A DNA stretch of 63,719 nt, the filler included, from Reticulomyxa filosa (Eukaryota > Protista > Foraminifera), in assembly GCA_000512085.1 (NCBI GenBank). It is 26 parts of 26 records of this genome, joined end to end, with 100 filler letters (N's around TTAATTAATTAA, not from the genome) between each part and the next. Parts side by side here need not be neighbours in the genome. Positions count along the whole stretch, not along the records: positions 11,238 to 12,807 come from ASPP01042204.1; positions 12,908 to 14,794 come from ASPP01000232.1; positions 14,895 to 16,514 come from ASPP01011064.1; positions 16,615 to 19,005 come from ASPP01019982.1; positions 19,106 to 20,847 come from ASPP01037918.1; positions 20,948 to 23,306 come from ASPP01035349.1; positions 23,407 to 26,356 come from ASPP01044864.1; 19 more parts are not named here. The stretch is one strand, 5' to 3'. This document shows, in pieces, positions 11,312-24,066 of the stretch. The position numbers were made by a program, and so were the translations under genes. How positions within the stretch are numbered: position 1 is the stretch's first letter; each line of letters opens with the position of its first letter. The notes under the pieces are model-generated. The model searched no databases, was not told the DNA's origin, and saw only the letters and a program-made list of their open reading frames with translations.

Positions 11312-12807
11312 TTATGACCGATGAATTTGAATCTCGGCCAAGTTGAGAGTTTGATTTGGGGAATGGAAGGACAAGGTAGTACTAGGTGCTTCCAGCAATT
11401 CAGCCAACGATTGACGACGAATCGAAGCTAAGCAACGACAACAAATGAGCAAAGAGATATTAACATATATGTATACATATATATTATATATATGTATATA
11501 TAACATGTATTTACAAGGACATTATATATATGAAAAGGAGACAAAATGATGTCGTAACCTTGTTGAAGTTCCTGTTTCGCATAAGAAACCATGCCTTTAT
11601 TGGCAAGTTTTTTAGTGGTGTACAAAGTGCCTTTTAGTTTTTCCCGTTCGACGATGAGTCGATTGCGATATTCGGAGCGAAGGGTTTGAATGGTTTGAAT
11701 GTGTTGATTGAGACTTTGAAGATCCTGTTGTTTGTGTGTGGCAATGTCACGAAGCAACTGTTCCACCATGGCATTGATGGCCTTTTTGCTTTCATCTTTT
11801 TTTTCGATTAACGCCACTCTTTTGTTATCAATCAAATGGCGTAATTTTTTTATTTTTTCAATGTCTTGTGTCAACTGCTTTGAGCTGTCCATATATTCTT
11901 TTATTTGGATTATTTATATTATCAATTAATGTATCAAAACTGAACAACATAAATACACAAATATATATACATATATACATATACACACATATATACATAT
12001 ATATGTATATATGTATATATGTAAATAAATTAACTGTCTCTATTTTGCTCTTGTTCAAGTTTTTGTTTTTCCAAATCGGCCTTTTGTTGGGTTTGTGCCT
12101 TTGAATTTTTGGATTCGGCTTTGATGCGCGCAATGGTTTGAGTCACTTTGGTTTGGGAAATGGCTTTGTCGGTGTATTCGTGTCTAAGCGTTTTGTCCTT
12201 CAAATACCGAGTGAAATGCAGCAATACTAAATACAACGCTTGCACGGATTCAACTCGATTGCTGTATGTGCACATGCGATTCATCATCGCTGCACTCAAT
12301 GGCATGTGCCACTTCATTATCTTCTCCGCGTGGATGCTCTTCTCTTTTTCTTTCTCCTTTTCTTTCTCTTTCTCATTGTCACTTTCTTTGTCCTTTTCTT
12401 TTTCTTTTTCTGTTTTCAATTCCATTTCCACACAATGAAACGTCGAGTCCAAGAACGACACGTCACTAAGCACATAGTGATTGATTTGAAAAAAAGCAGT
12501 TAGACTTAAAGTGTACAAAAAAAAGGTATTTAAAAAAGAAAGAAAGAAACCTAAATAAGTTTGCATCTTGCAATTGCTTGCGAATAATTTCCACTCCTTT
12601 TTTTTTTTGAAAGTTAGTATAATTACATAACACAAATATATATACATATATATGTATATAGTATATATATAATAAAAAAGAGAAACTTTTTTGAAGATTG
12701 GGTTGAATTTCTTGAATGGTTTTGAATCCTTTTTCCACGTGAAGTAACACTAGTATGTTATGTTCAAATAGCCTTTGGACGTTGATACGTTGATAAGTTG
12801 GTTTGTT
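11312..12807 (-). CDS. Hypothetical multi-exon coiled-coil protein, partial
   Basis: Coding-like blocks (about 12700-12807, 12036-12483, 11558-11895) are separated by TA-rich introns. It has a KE repeat and long helical segments; no family recognised. Confidence 0.5.
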
Positions 12808-13708
12808 NNNNNNNNNNNNNNNNNNNNNNNNNNNNNNNNNNNNNNNNNNNNTTAATTAATTAANNNNNNNNNNNNNNNNNNNNNNNNNNNNNNNNNNNNN
12901 NNNNNNNGGAACGGTGGGACCACCAGTGGGTTAAAACCATCCTCTTAGCACTACTAGCTTTCATCTTGTTTTACTTGTTTCTTTACTTGCGTTGTAATTA
13001 TTCTCTTTAATTAACTTTCTTTTACTGAAATTACTCTATTGGAACTAAGTTCCTTTCGTACTACACTTAATCTTATCACAAGTCCCACACAAGTTTTGAG
13101 ATTATATAAATGCATTGCTTGTCTAATTTGTTATTTGTTGCCTAAACTCATTACAAAATCATTTTTTTCTTTTTTCAAAATAAAAAATTAAAAGTATCAT
13201 GCACATAAGATGATTATGATGATATATGATATGTACGTTCATTTCATTTCTATATGCCCATATCGAAAAAAATATAAAAAAAAGAGTAAGTATAACATTC
13301 TATTCTGTCCGCTAATTTTGTTTGACAAAAATTTTCGCTTGGACATGAGCATGATAGCGATATCAAATCTTACAAGAAACTATGCATAATTCATTGCTTT
13401 ATTAAGAACGTGATGTGTTTTGAGAGGGACCTTGTTGCGAAATTTTCAAAAAAACTCTTTCCAATACTTTGAACAAATATGACGGAAATGGAAAAAAAGG
13501 AAGCTATAACAAATTTTATAAGTTATTTGTCGCAAATACCCTCTCAAGCACGGACTGATCTGGTTGGTGACTTGTGCTTTGCTTTTTTTTTCAGTGCTGT
13601 GTCCTTTTTGGAAAAACTGAGTTGTAAAAACAAGAAATATAAATAAAGTTAACGAAAGAATTTGAAAAGCATACAAGTGAAAACGAGTATAAAATATCAG
13701 AACAAGGA

Positions 13709-14766
13709 GTGGAGCGTGTATTGTTAGCTTTGTTTGAAGAGTATCTACGAGTAAATCAAATAAACGAAGACGAAGTTGTGCGCAATGAGATAATCGAGAC
13801 GTTGATGAAAAAAATTCGGAATCATACGGATTACGAAAAGAATGACACAATGAAATTCGATTTGGACTTTGTGTGCAACATACCGATTTATATAACGAGT
13901 GTGAGTTCCGACGAGACAAATGAAAGAAGACAAAAGCACAAAGCAAAAAGAGAAGATCGACAGACGTATGAAGAACTTAATGTCAGTGTGATCGACGAAC
14001 ATGGAAATGTGACTAACGACACAGTTAGCGAAATGAATCCATTGAGCAATGGCAAAGCTCAGAGATCAAGAGAGTCGATCACGGTCAATACGGTCGACAC
14101 GAAAGAGAACACATCTCGTTCCGCCAGGGAATCTCAAATTGCCATTGCACTTGAACCCCTTTCCGTGCAACAACAACAAGGACTAATCAAAGAATGGCGA
14201 GACACAACCGATCGATTGAAAGAAATTATCTTTCAATTGTCCGATTTCGAAGTTCTGATATTTCATTGCTTTTTGTGACCCCCTCCCCCCCTTTTTATAT
14301 GTAAATATTTGAAATGATGGATACACCTCGAATAGGACGGAGTAATGCGTGAAATCAATCAAATAAATGACGGTGTGGCTATGACCACAGTGAGCTCTAC
14401 GGAGACATTGAAATTGGTGAAAAAGATTTATGAGAAGCAAGAAGAGTATCACCAAGAAGAAATCATGAGATTGGGAACAGAGATCACCAGCAAAATGGAA
14501 CGAACATTGGCTATTGGAGCAGGAGGGACTGATTCGCCGCAGTCGTTGCCATTGAATGATGGAAGAAAAAAAAAAGTAAGTTGGGATGGAATTTTTTCTC
14601 GATCCTTGCTACCCAAAGGTGCTGGGTCGGCGCAAACGGACAAACATGATTCAGAACGAAATTTGCGTATATCTCGAAAGCGCAATCGCTCGGCTACCGT
14701 CGCAGATCAAATGTATGACGATTATAAAGATTACACACAAATTGTGGAAAACGATAAACCAGCAGG
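13709..14766 (+). CDS. Hypothetical protein, multi-exon, partial
   Basis: Two long ORFs (13709-14278, 14345-14766) are linked by a plausible GT-AG intron at about 14252-14335. No family recognised. Confidence 0.5.
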
Positions 14767-14905
14767 TATATACATATATATATATTTAATTTTTNNNNNN
14801 NNNNNNNNNNNNNNNNNNNNNNNNNNNNNNNNNNNNNNTTAATTAATTAANNNNNNNNNNNNNNNNNNNNNNNNNNNNNNNNNNNNNNNNNNNNTTTTTT
14901 TTCCC

Positions 14906-14940
<35 letters not shown>

Positions 14941-15038
14941 AAGAGATATTTCAACACAATATACATGTGTACGTTATATACATATGTATATGTGTATATA
15001 ATAGAAAATAAAAAAGCAATGACAAAACAATAACAACA

Positions 15039-16479
15039 ACATTCATACGTCCAATTCCAGCGTGTAAATACGTTGGGGCAACATCTCTTAACCCGTTGTA
15101 AGCGGGATTAATGGAAGGCAAATCCGAAATGGACCGCGACAAATTGATGCGCAAAGAATACTCCCCATTAATTAGTGCAGTGTTTATTATTTCCACGAGG
15201 CTTGTTCCCAAGTTTAAGACCTCAACTGTTTCGGTATGCTCTGAAAATTCTATTAAAAAACGACCAATATCGATCAATATCGAAACATGCATTCCATTAG
15301 GCAATTTCCAATTTAAAGCATTCAAAGTGTTTGGTCTTCTTTTTTTTTTTTTTTTTTTTTCGTTTATATGATGTAGTTTGATCTCGCATGTGCGCATGCA
15401 ACCAAACAACCTATCACCGTACCTGCCTACCCTACGTACCTCTTGGTTAGAACATTGGCGCAAAGTAGTCGGATCATCTTGGCCACTTTCAAGTCCGAAA
15501 ATGTTTTTTAGCCATGCCCACAACGCCCATTCTTTATTGTGTTCACCATACTCTCCGTTCTGAATGTTCCTGTTCTGTTCTTCGTACGACGGCACGGTAT
15601 TTTTTTTGGAAGACGAATAAACCAGATCATGAAACACAAAGGGATATGCGACGCACATTGCCTCTTTTGCGCTTTCAAATAGCAGAATGGACTGTATTTC
15701 CGTTGTTTGCATGTCGTCGTTGCCGTCGTTGTTGTCGTCGTTGTTGTTGTTGTCGTTGTCGTTGTCGTTGTCGTTGTCATCGTCGTTGTCATCGTCAATG
15801 TCAAAGTAGCGGCCACGATGGTAAGGAAGCAACGTCGGACTATGCACAGGTTGATTTTTACTTAATTCATTACGAACGCTGTTCAAATAGCTATTCATGA
15901 TTTGCCCAGTAGCGTTAGGGTCCAGTGTCGTCGGCAATGGAGATGGAGATGCTTTTGTTTGTTTATGGTCGCTCAATGTGGCTAAGTGAAAGACAATGTC
16001 AACAGAGGTGCTGTTGAAATATTGAATGGGCACTTTGTTGTGCGCCATTTTCGAAAGCTCGGGATACTCGGAGAGGATCTCTGCGATAAATCCTTGCATC
16101 CTAGAGTAGATTGGGATTATGTGTCCCTCGGTGCTAAATACAAACTGATTTTCATATTTGTGAATTGGATGATGTTCGTCAAATAACAACAGCAAATATC
16201 TTTCCGGTTGTGTGCACGTGTGCATATGTGCATATGTGCATGCAATCTCTTTTGGACATTTCAAAAAGAGAGAGAAAAAGAAACAAAACTTGCATGTCTC
16301 CGCTAAGAAATAGCTCGGCATGTAATCACCCAGTTCACCACTCACGACATTTTCAAGGATAGTGTGTCCATACGACACTCGCGTCCGTCTATAAATATCC
16401 TGCAGCATTTCATAACCCATCCATAGATATCGGTCTTGATTGTAAAAGTGTAGTTTCCTTTGTGCCGACGAATATGTCG

Positions 16480-16480
<1 letters not shown>
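15039..16480 (-). CDS. Glycoside hydrolase family 47 (EDEM-like alpha-1,2-mannosidase), end of catalytic domain plus extension; partial
   Basis: DYMPSYFLAETCK, intron, then YLLLLFD...FVFSTEGHII matches the GH47 C-terminal MxSFFLxETxKYLYLLF...FxTEGH signature. Confidence 0.85.
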
Positions 16481-16514
<34 letters not shown>

Positions 16515-17212
16515 NNNNNNNNNNNNNNNNNNNNNNNNNNNNNNNNNNNNNNNNNNNNTTAATTAATTAANNNNNNNNNNNNNNNNNNNNNNNNNNNNNN
16601 NNNNNNNNNNNNNNTTAATATTTTTTTTGTGCGTTCTTGTTGTTGCGTTGTGTGTTCTTTTGTTTTGCTTTTTTTTTTTTGTGGGAACAAAAAGGTCGAG
16701 TTTGTAACATACCAATACAAGCGAGTGTGTGCCACTGAGAAAAAAAAAAAAAGGGATTTGGGAAGCACAATTGTACATTTTTTTATCAGTTCGATTTGTG
16801 ACAGTGTATGGGTTTGATTTTCACCTTTCAGAGTTTGTTTTGCTGTGATGGTTCAGTTTTTCCATCAACGGGAAATCACACACCCAGACTGAAACAAAAA
16901 GTCGGACCGAGCTTCTAAACACTTGAATTGACGTTTTTTTGTTAGGAGACACAAGTAATATTTAGGTTTTTCATGCAGTAGTTGTACCTGAGCCATTTGA
17001 TAGTCAATATGCCAATCTACCCCGGCAATCAATTTCCAAAAAAAAGACTATTCCTGGATTTCTCTAGCCAAATAAAAAGATAGAGCAATTGCAAACACGC
17101 TTCGAAATTGTGTTTGACACAAAAAAAAGTAAAAAAGGGTAGCGTGAGAAAAAGGAAGAGAAAAAAAAAAGGGCTCATTCAACGATAAATTTAACGCTGT
17201 TCCTTTTTACAA

Positions 17213-18756
17213 ATGTCTAGCAGAACGTTGAAAATCTCAACGGAATTAAGTGAATTAGAAGAGTCAAAAACAGAACCAGCTGATGGAGGCACAGCTCCGC
17301 TTTCTGGAAGCAAGTCTTCTCGGCACCTGTCAGCAAACAGTAATGCAGGATCATCTTCAGACAAAGATAAAAACAAAAATAGAATTCGAAAACCCCGTTC
17401 TCAATCATTTGACAATAGAGAGAAATTGGAAGGCAAATCGGAATATTCTCAAAAGCAAGTAACGAGTAAAACACCGAAAGGGACAAACAAAACAATAGCA
17501 AGCGCATTCGAAGAAGAAAAGCTTGATTTAAAATCAAATGAAAAAAAAAAAGAAGAAAAGACTGGATTAATAGAATTAAATTTAAATGATGAAACAAAAA
17601 TAGAGGAATTAAAAACAATATTTGGAGAATTTGAAAAAGCATTAGAATCACAAAAACAAATATTAATAGACAACTTTTCAAAAGCATTAAAAACAAAACC
17701 AGCAACAGAAAATAAAATGTTATTAATAGACAAAGATGGAACAATTGCACGAATTCGTAAAATAGGTTTAATTACTGGCAAAAAATTTGAAGAATTAGAA
17801 ACTGAACAAAATTTAGCAATTGAAAAATTGAAACAAATATTACAATTTGAAACGGATGTCAATTTACAACATAAAAAAGCTTTAGAATTACAAATGCAAG
17901 TTGATAAAGAAATTCAAATCATTCAAGAGAAGCAAGCTATTGTTGATGCCGAATTAGCGAAGGTGCAACCTGCTATTGATGAAGCAAGAAAAGCTGTTGG
18001 AAGTACAAGTTAATTATTATTTCCATTAATTATGATATATGAAAATGTACATATCATATCATATCATTCATATTTATAGCTAAAGCGGATTGGAATGAAT
18101 TACGAACATATAAAAATCCGAAAGATGTTTTAAAAGCTGTAATGACTGTAGCTGTTGGTAAATATATATACATATACATATATATATGTATATATGCATA
18201 TATGCATATGTATATAAAAATATACTTTTCAAAAAATTAATACAATAATATATACATATACATATATCATATAGCTTTAGTCAAAAATGATCCTAAAATA
18301 CTTACTGGTAGCAATAGCAAAGATAAAAAATCTTCTCAAACAAAAACAGATGATAATTGGAGTGAAGTGAAGCGTGAAGTAAATTATGATTTAGTAAAAC
18401 AATTAATGAGCTTTTTAGATAATAATCAAGCAGAAACATTAGACGAAAATGTTGTTGCTATGATTAAAGAATATTTACAAACTGCTACTTATGAACAAGC
18501 TGTTAATGCTTCTAAAGTTGCTGGTCCTGTTTTTTTATGGATCAAATCTGTCATTTTTTATTCTGAATTAGTCGTCAAAATTAAACCTTTAAAACTTCAA
18601 ATTCAAGAACTTCAACTTCGTTTAACTGATAGAAAACAAGAAATGGCTTTACTCAAAGTTCAAGAAAAAGATTTAGCTGATAAAATACGAACTTGTCGTG
18701 GTGAAATGTTAGAAATGGTCGGTTATAAAAAAGTTGGATCTTTGTATTTTTTGTAA
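17213..18756 (+). CDS. Dynein heavy-chain stalk (CC1-MTBD-CC2) protein lacking AAA+ modules; about 451 aa, 3 exons
   Basis: Exons 17213-18008, 18080-18157 and 18275-18756 splice in frame (GT-AG) to give ...ELAKVQPAIDEARKAVGSTTKADWNELRTYKNPKDVLKAVMTVAVAL...DNWSEVKREV...YEQAVNASKVAGPVFLWIKSVIFYSELVVKIKPLK..., i.e. the dynein MTBD with both stalk prolines. Confidence 0.85.
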
Positions 18757-19105
18757 TATGTATTTTTTCTTTTTTTTGATTTGAATGAAAGAGAAAATGG
18801 TTGTGAATCGCATACTTTTCTAATTTGCTTTTCCGATTTGAGAGCCCACTTTGTCCAGTCAAAGTGGCAGTCGGCGCACTTCAAATAATCTTCCTATTAT
18901 TTCTTTGCAATGAATCAAAAGCTTTTTATAAAATTTCACTAAAAAAGCAAAACCTTTTTCTTGTGCAAGCATTGTTCAGACGCATTGTCATGCATCACTG
19001 TGATGNNNNNNNNNNNNNNNNNNNNNNNNNNNNNNNNNNNNNNNNNNNNTTAATTAATTAANNNNNNNNNNNNNNNNNNNNNNNNNNNNNNNNNNNNNNN
19101 NNNNN

Positions 19106-20796
19106 GGCACTTCCAAAACTTTATCTTTGCAGATTATGCTTGATACATTATCTTATCGCAAAATCAAACAGTTGAATCAAAAGTTGAAAGATAATAAATT
19201 TCATTTCAATGTGAAACCATTGCAATGCATTTCATTCCAAGGTACAAGAAGTTGCAAACCAAGTGCTATCAAAGAATTATGGGATCAAACTGAGAGATAT
19301 TCTAATGGCAAAATCGTTACCACATTGTTTTTATTTGATGAGATTGGTTTGGCCGAACAATCACCACACAATCCTTTGAAAATATTGCATCAATTATTGG
19401 AACATCCTAAAATTTCATTTGTTGGTATTTCGAATTGGTCTTTGGATGCTGCCAAAATGAATCGAATGATTATGCATCCCATTCCTTTAATGGACCGCAA
19501 TGATTGTTTAAGAATGGCTTTTGCTGTTTCCATCAGGTCAAATTCCACATTTTTAGAACAGGAAATTACAAACGTAATAATGGTGTATGAAAAAATAATG
19601 AAAGATCAAACGAATGCATTTAAACCCAATGGAAATAGTGACTTCTTTGGGGCACGTGATTTTTATGCATTAATCAAACATCAAATCACTCATTCTGAAA
19701 GGTCCTACAGACAGTCATTAGAAGGTTATCTTCGTAATTTTGGTGGACTTGATCATAGTAATTATGGAAGACAATTGAGAAAGATTTTAAAGGAAGTATT
19801 GAATAGGACCGAAGGTGAAGTTATCCGAGAATTGAAGAAATGGACTCCTGTCATGTGTGTGGAAAGAAATTTAATGGAGAAGAAATGTGATTGGTCACCA
19901 AATTTGATGGTGAGCCGACATTGTATGATAATCAGTGAAAATTACTATTCTTGGCAATTACTTTTGGAATACGATATTTTAAATTACAATCAAGTATTTT
20001 TATTTGGAAGTTATTTTCCTCAAGATATGTATTCGAATATTACCAGTTATAATCAATTGAACAAAATTATTGATTGTATGGATACTGGTAAAACTGTCAT
20101 CTTGCACAATTTGGAAAGTATTTACGAGAGTCTGTATGACATGTTGAATCAAAGATATCAAAGAAGACCTTCAGGTATTTTTTTGATGCAAATGTACACA
20201 AATCATACAATTATTTCAAAAATAAATAGGGAATATGTATTGTCGAGTGGCATTGGGAACTGAAAGTAGAGATTGTTATATTCATGAAAATTTCAAATGT
20301 GCTGTTATTGTTCAGAAAGAGGATGCTCACAGTCCAAATATGCCAGTTTACTTTTTGTTTTAGATAAGTATGAAATGTATGGGATATAAATATACACATG
20401 TGAAATAACACATAGCTTGCATTTCTCAGTCGTTTTGAGAAACAGCTCATTTCATATCGCAATTCATTGCCAAGCAACATCGAATTGTATGTTGAGTCCG
20501 CGAGAACAATGTTATTGGAAAAATTTAATACAAAAAAACTGCCTAATGCATTTTGCGGATATTGTCGGGATACCCTTTATTCAGCATTACTTTATTTGGC
20601 TGTACAAAAAGCAAATAAAGCGAATGAACAACAGAATGACGAAAAAAAGGAATCATCACGAACAACAAATTTGGACACTGTTCAATTTGACAAAAAAGAA
20701 TTGGAATCGGAATTGCTCAATCTACTCAATCCATTGTGTCGACCAGAAAAAATGGTGGATACGCAGATCAAGGAAGATATCAAATTTTACTGTTTG
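19106..20796 (+). CDS. RNF213 (mysterin)-like AAA+ ATPase core, internal fragment
   Basis: LFLFDEIGLAEQSPHNPLKILHQLLE, FVGISNWSLDAAKMNR, FFGARDFYALIK, FGSYFPQD, CMDTGKTVILHNLESIYESLYDMLNQRY, YCRVALG...CYIHENFKC and AFLSRFEKQ are collinear with RNF213 AAA-region motifs. Introns at 20175-20229 and about 20346-20415. Confidence 0.88.
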
Positions 20797-21112
20797 GTAA
20801 GTGGAAACTATTCTCTTTTTCAAAAAAAAAAAAAAAAAAAAAAAAAANNNNNNNNNNNNNNNNNNNNNNNNNNNNNNNNNNNNNNNNNNNNTTAATTAAT
20901 TAANNNNNNNNNNNNNNNNNNNNNNNNNNNNNNNNNNNNNNNNNNNNATATTAACGTCAATAGTGCAAACTTACAAAAAGAAACAATAGAAGCAAAGCTT
21001 ATCAAAGACGTTCAAGTACTAATCCCTGAACCAAAAAAATATAATCACATTTGAAATATCAGATTATGTCTTTGATTTTTCAATAAATTAAATTTGAATC
21101 AAAAGAGACAAG

Positions 21113-22320
<1,208 letters not shown>

Positions 22321-23793
22321 TTGCTTTACCATTTGAACTTGCTTTTGCCTTAAAATTAGGCCAAATTGATACTTGCATTTTTTATGTTGCTATTGATGTC
22401 TTTCGCCAATTGTTCGAAAAAATCTAAGAAAGATTCGTGTACTGTGATTTGAAATATCAGATAAATCTAGATTCTAGCAAACATCATTGTTTTTATTTAG
22501 ATCTAGCTCCACACTTACATAAATGTAAATTTTTACTTTCTAATTTGTGTTTAAAGAGATATTGATATAACCTTTTTTTTTGAAATAACAAACAGTAATA
22601 AGTCATGATAATGTAGATGGCAATTAATAATGAGTTAGCCTGCAGAAAGTTTCATGAAGTGGTTTCGTAAATGGTCCAACAAGACCAGAAGCAGCAAACG
22701 AAATATAAAAACGGGCCAACATGTCACGAAACACTAATCGAATAAAAAATATGTGAAAACGACTAATTAACAAGCTGAAATAAATTGAAAATAAAATTTT
22801 GTTGCATTTTCTTGTGCAAATTTTATCACTATTAATATTTGTATTTACAATTATTTCATATGGATTAATTTTTATTAATGTAATATATTAAACAAAATAT
22901 TGTAAATTTTGCAAAAAATAATAATAAATATTAACTTTTTTTCAGCACATAGTTTGCTTAATGTCATAATTCAATAAACTGTTAAAATGTCGTTTTTGTT
23001 GATATTAAGTTAGTTTTAAGACAGCGAAGGTTGTTGAGGAAAAAAGGGTTTCCTCGTTCATATGAAGCTTCTACTGTAATTAGTAGGGCATTGCACTACA
23101 CCAGGAAAAAACAAAGGGCAGTTGATGTAAATTTTAATACAAAAAATTTAACTAATGATCTAATTGAATATTTATTTAACGAAATATACCATTTTCTCTA
23201 TGAAAAAAACTTTTAAAAATGTACCAAATTCATCCATTTGTTTAAATTTTTAGCAGTAGAAACATATTAATGCATTATTTTTTTAAAATAAGCTTTGACA
23301 GAAATANNNNNNNNNNNNNNNNNNNNNNNNNNNNNNNNNNNNNNNNNNNNTTAATTAATTAANNNNNNNNNNNNNNNNNNNNNNNNNNNNNNNNNNNNNN
23401 NNNNNNTTCATCTCAAAAAAAACTTAAATCACCCAGATTTTTATTTAACAGTGAAATGATTGCAATTTGTTAGTTATTTTATTGTCTTGAAGAAATAAAC
23501 ATTAAAAACGTGCTACAATGTCCACATTTTTCAATTGTAAAATTTTTTCTAGAGACCGAGGATCAAATGGATAACCTTTGTTATATTAAGAAAAAAAAGA
23601 AATACGATTGGAAAAGGTGTATCTGAAATTATGTCGTTGCACTAAATTTCAATTAATTTTTATGCAATTTCAACTTATCAAGAGCAGAGTATATGGTTAT
23701 ATCTAGTAAACACTAACTTCAGTTGACCAAGGGCTAACATTTTTAAAAAAGAATTTTTGTTGAACTTGATGTGCTTATTTTAAAAATAAGGAC

Positions 23794-24066
23794 GCGATTC
23801 AAACGTAAGTATATTATGTTGTTCGCCTTATCTTAATAAAGTATTTGTATTTATTTTGAACAGTTTCGTGAAAACATTGACATGAAAAGCTCACATTAAG
23901 TGTCGAACAAAAACAAAAGCTTGAAAGCCAAAATCCAAGACAAAGAATGCATATATCAATAGTAACAACTATTTATTTTTGCCATAATGCAATTGTATGA
24001 TATAAGAATATTTTGTTAATATAACATCTAAAAGAAAACAATTATCAATTGGTATTGAGATTACGA
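23794..24066 (+). pseudogene. Highly decayed ubiquitin monomer
   Basis: GCG ATT CAA AC|gtaagt...ag|T TTC GTG AAA ACA TTG ACA (FVKTLT), then [11 protein letters not shown] and LVLRLR remnants. The intron position is the same as in the array at 21113. Confidence 0.7.
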
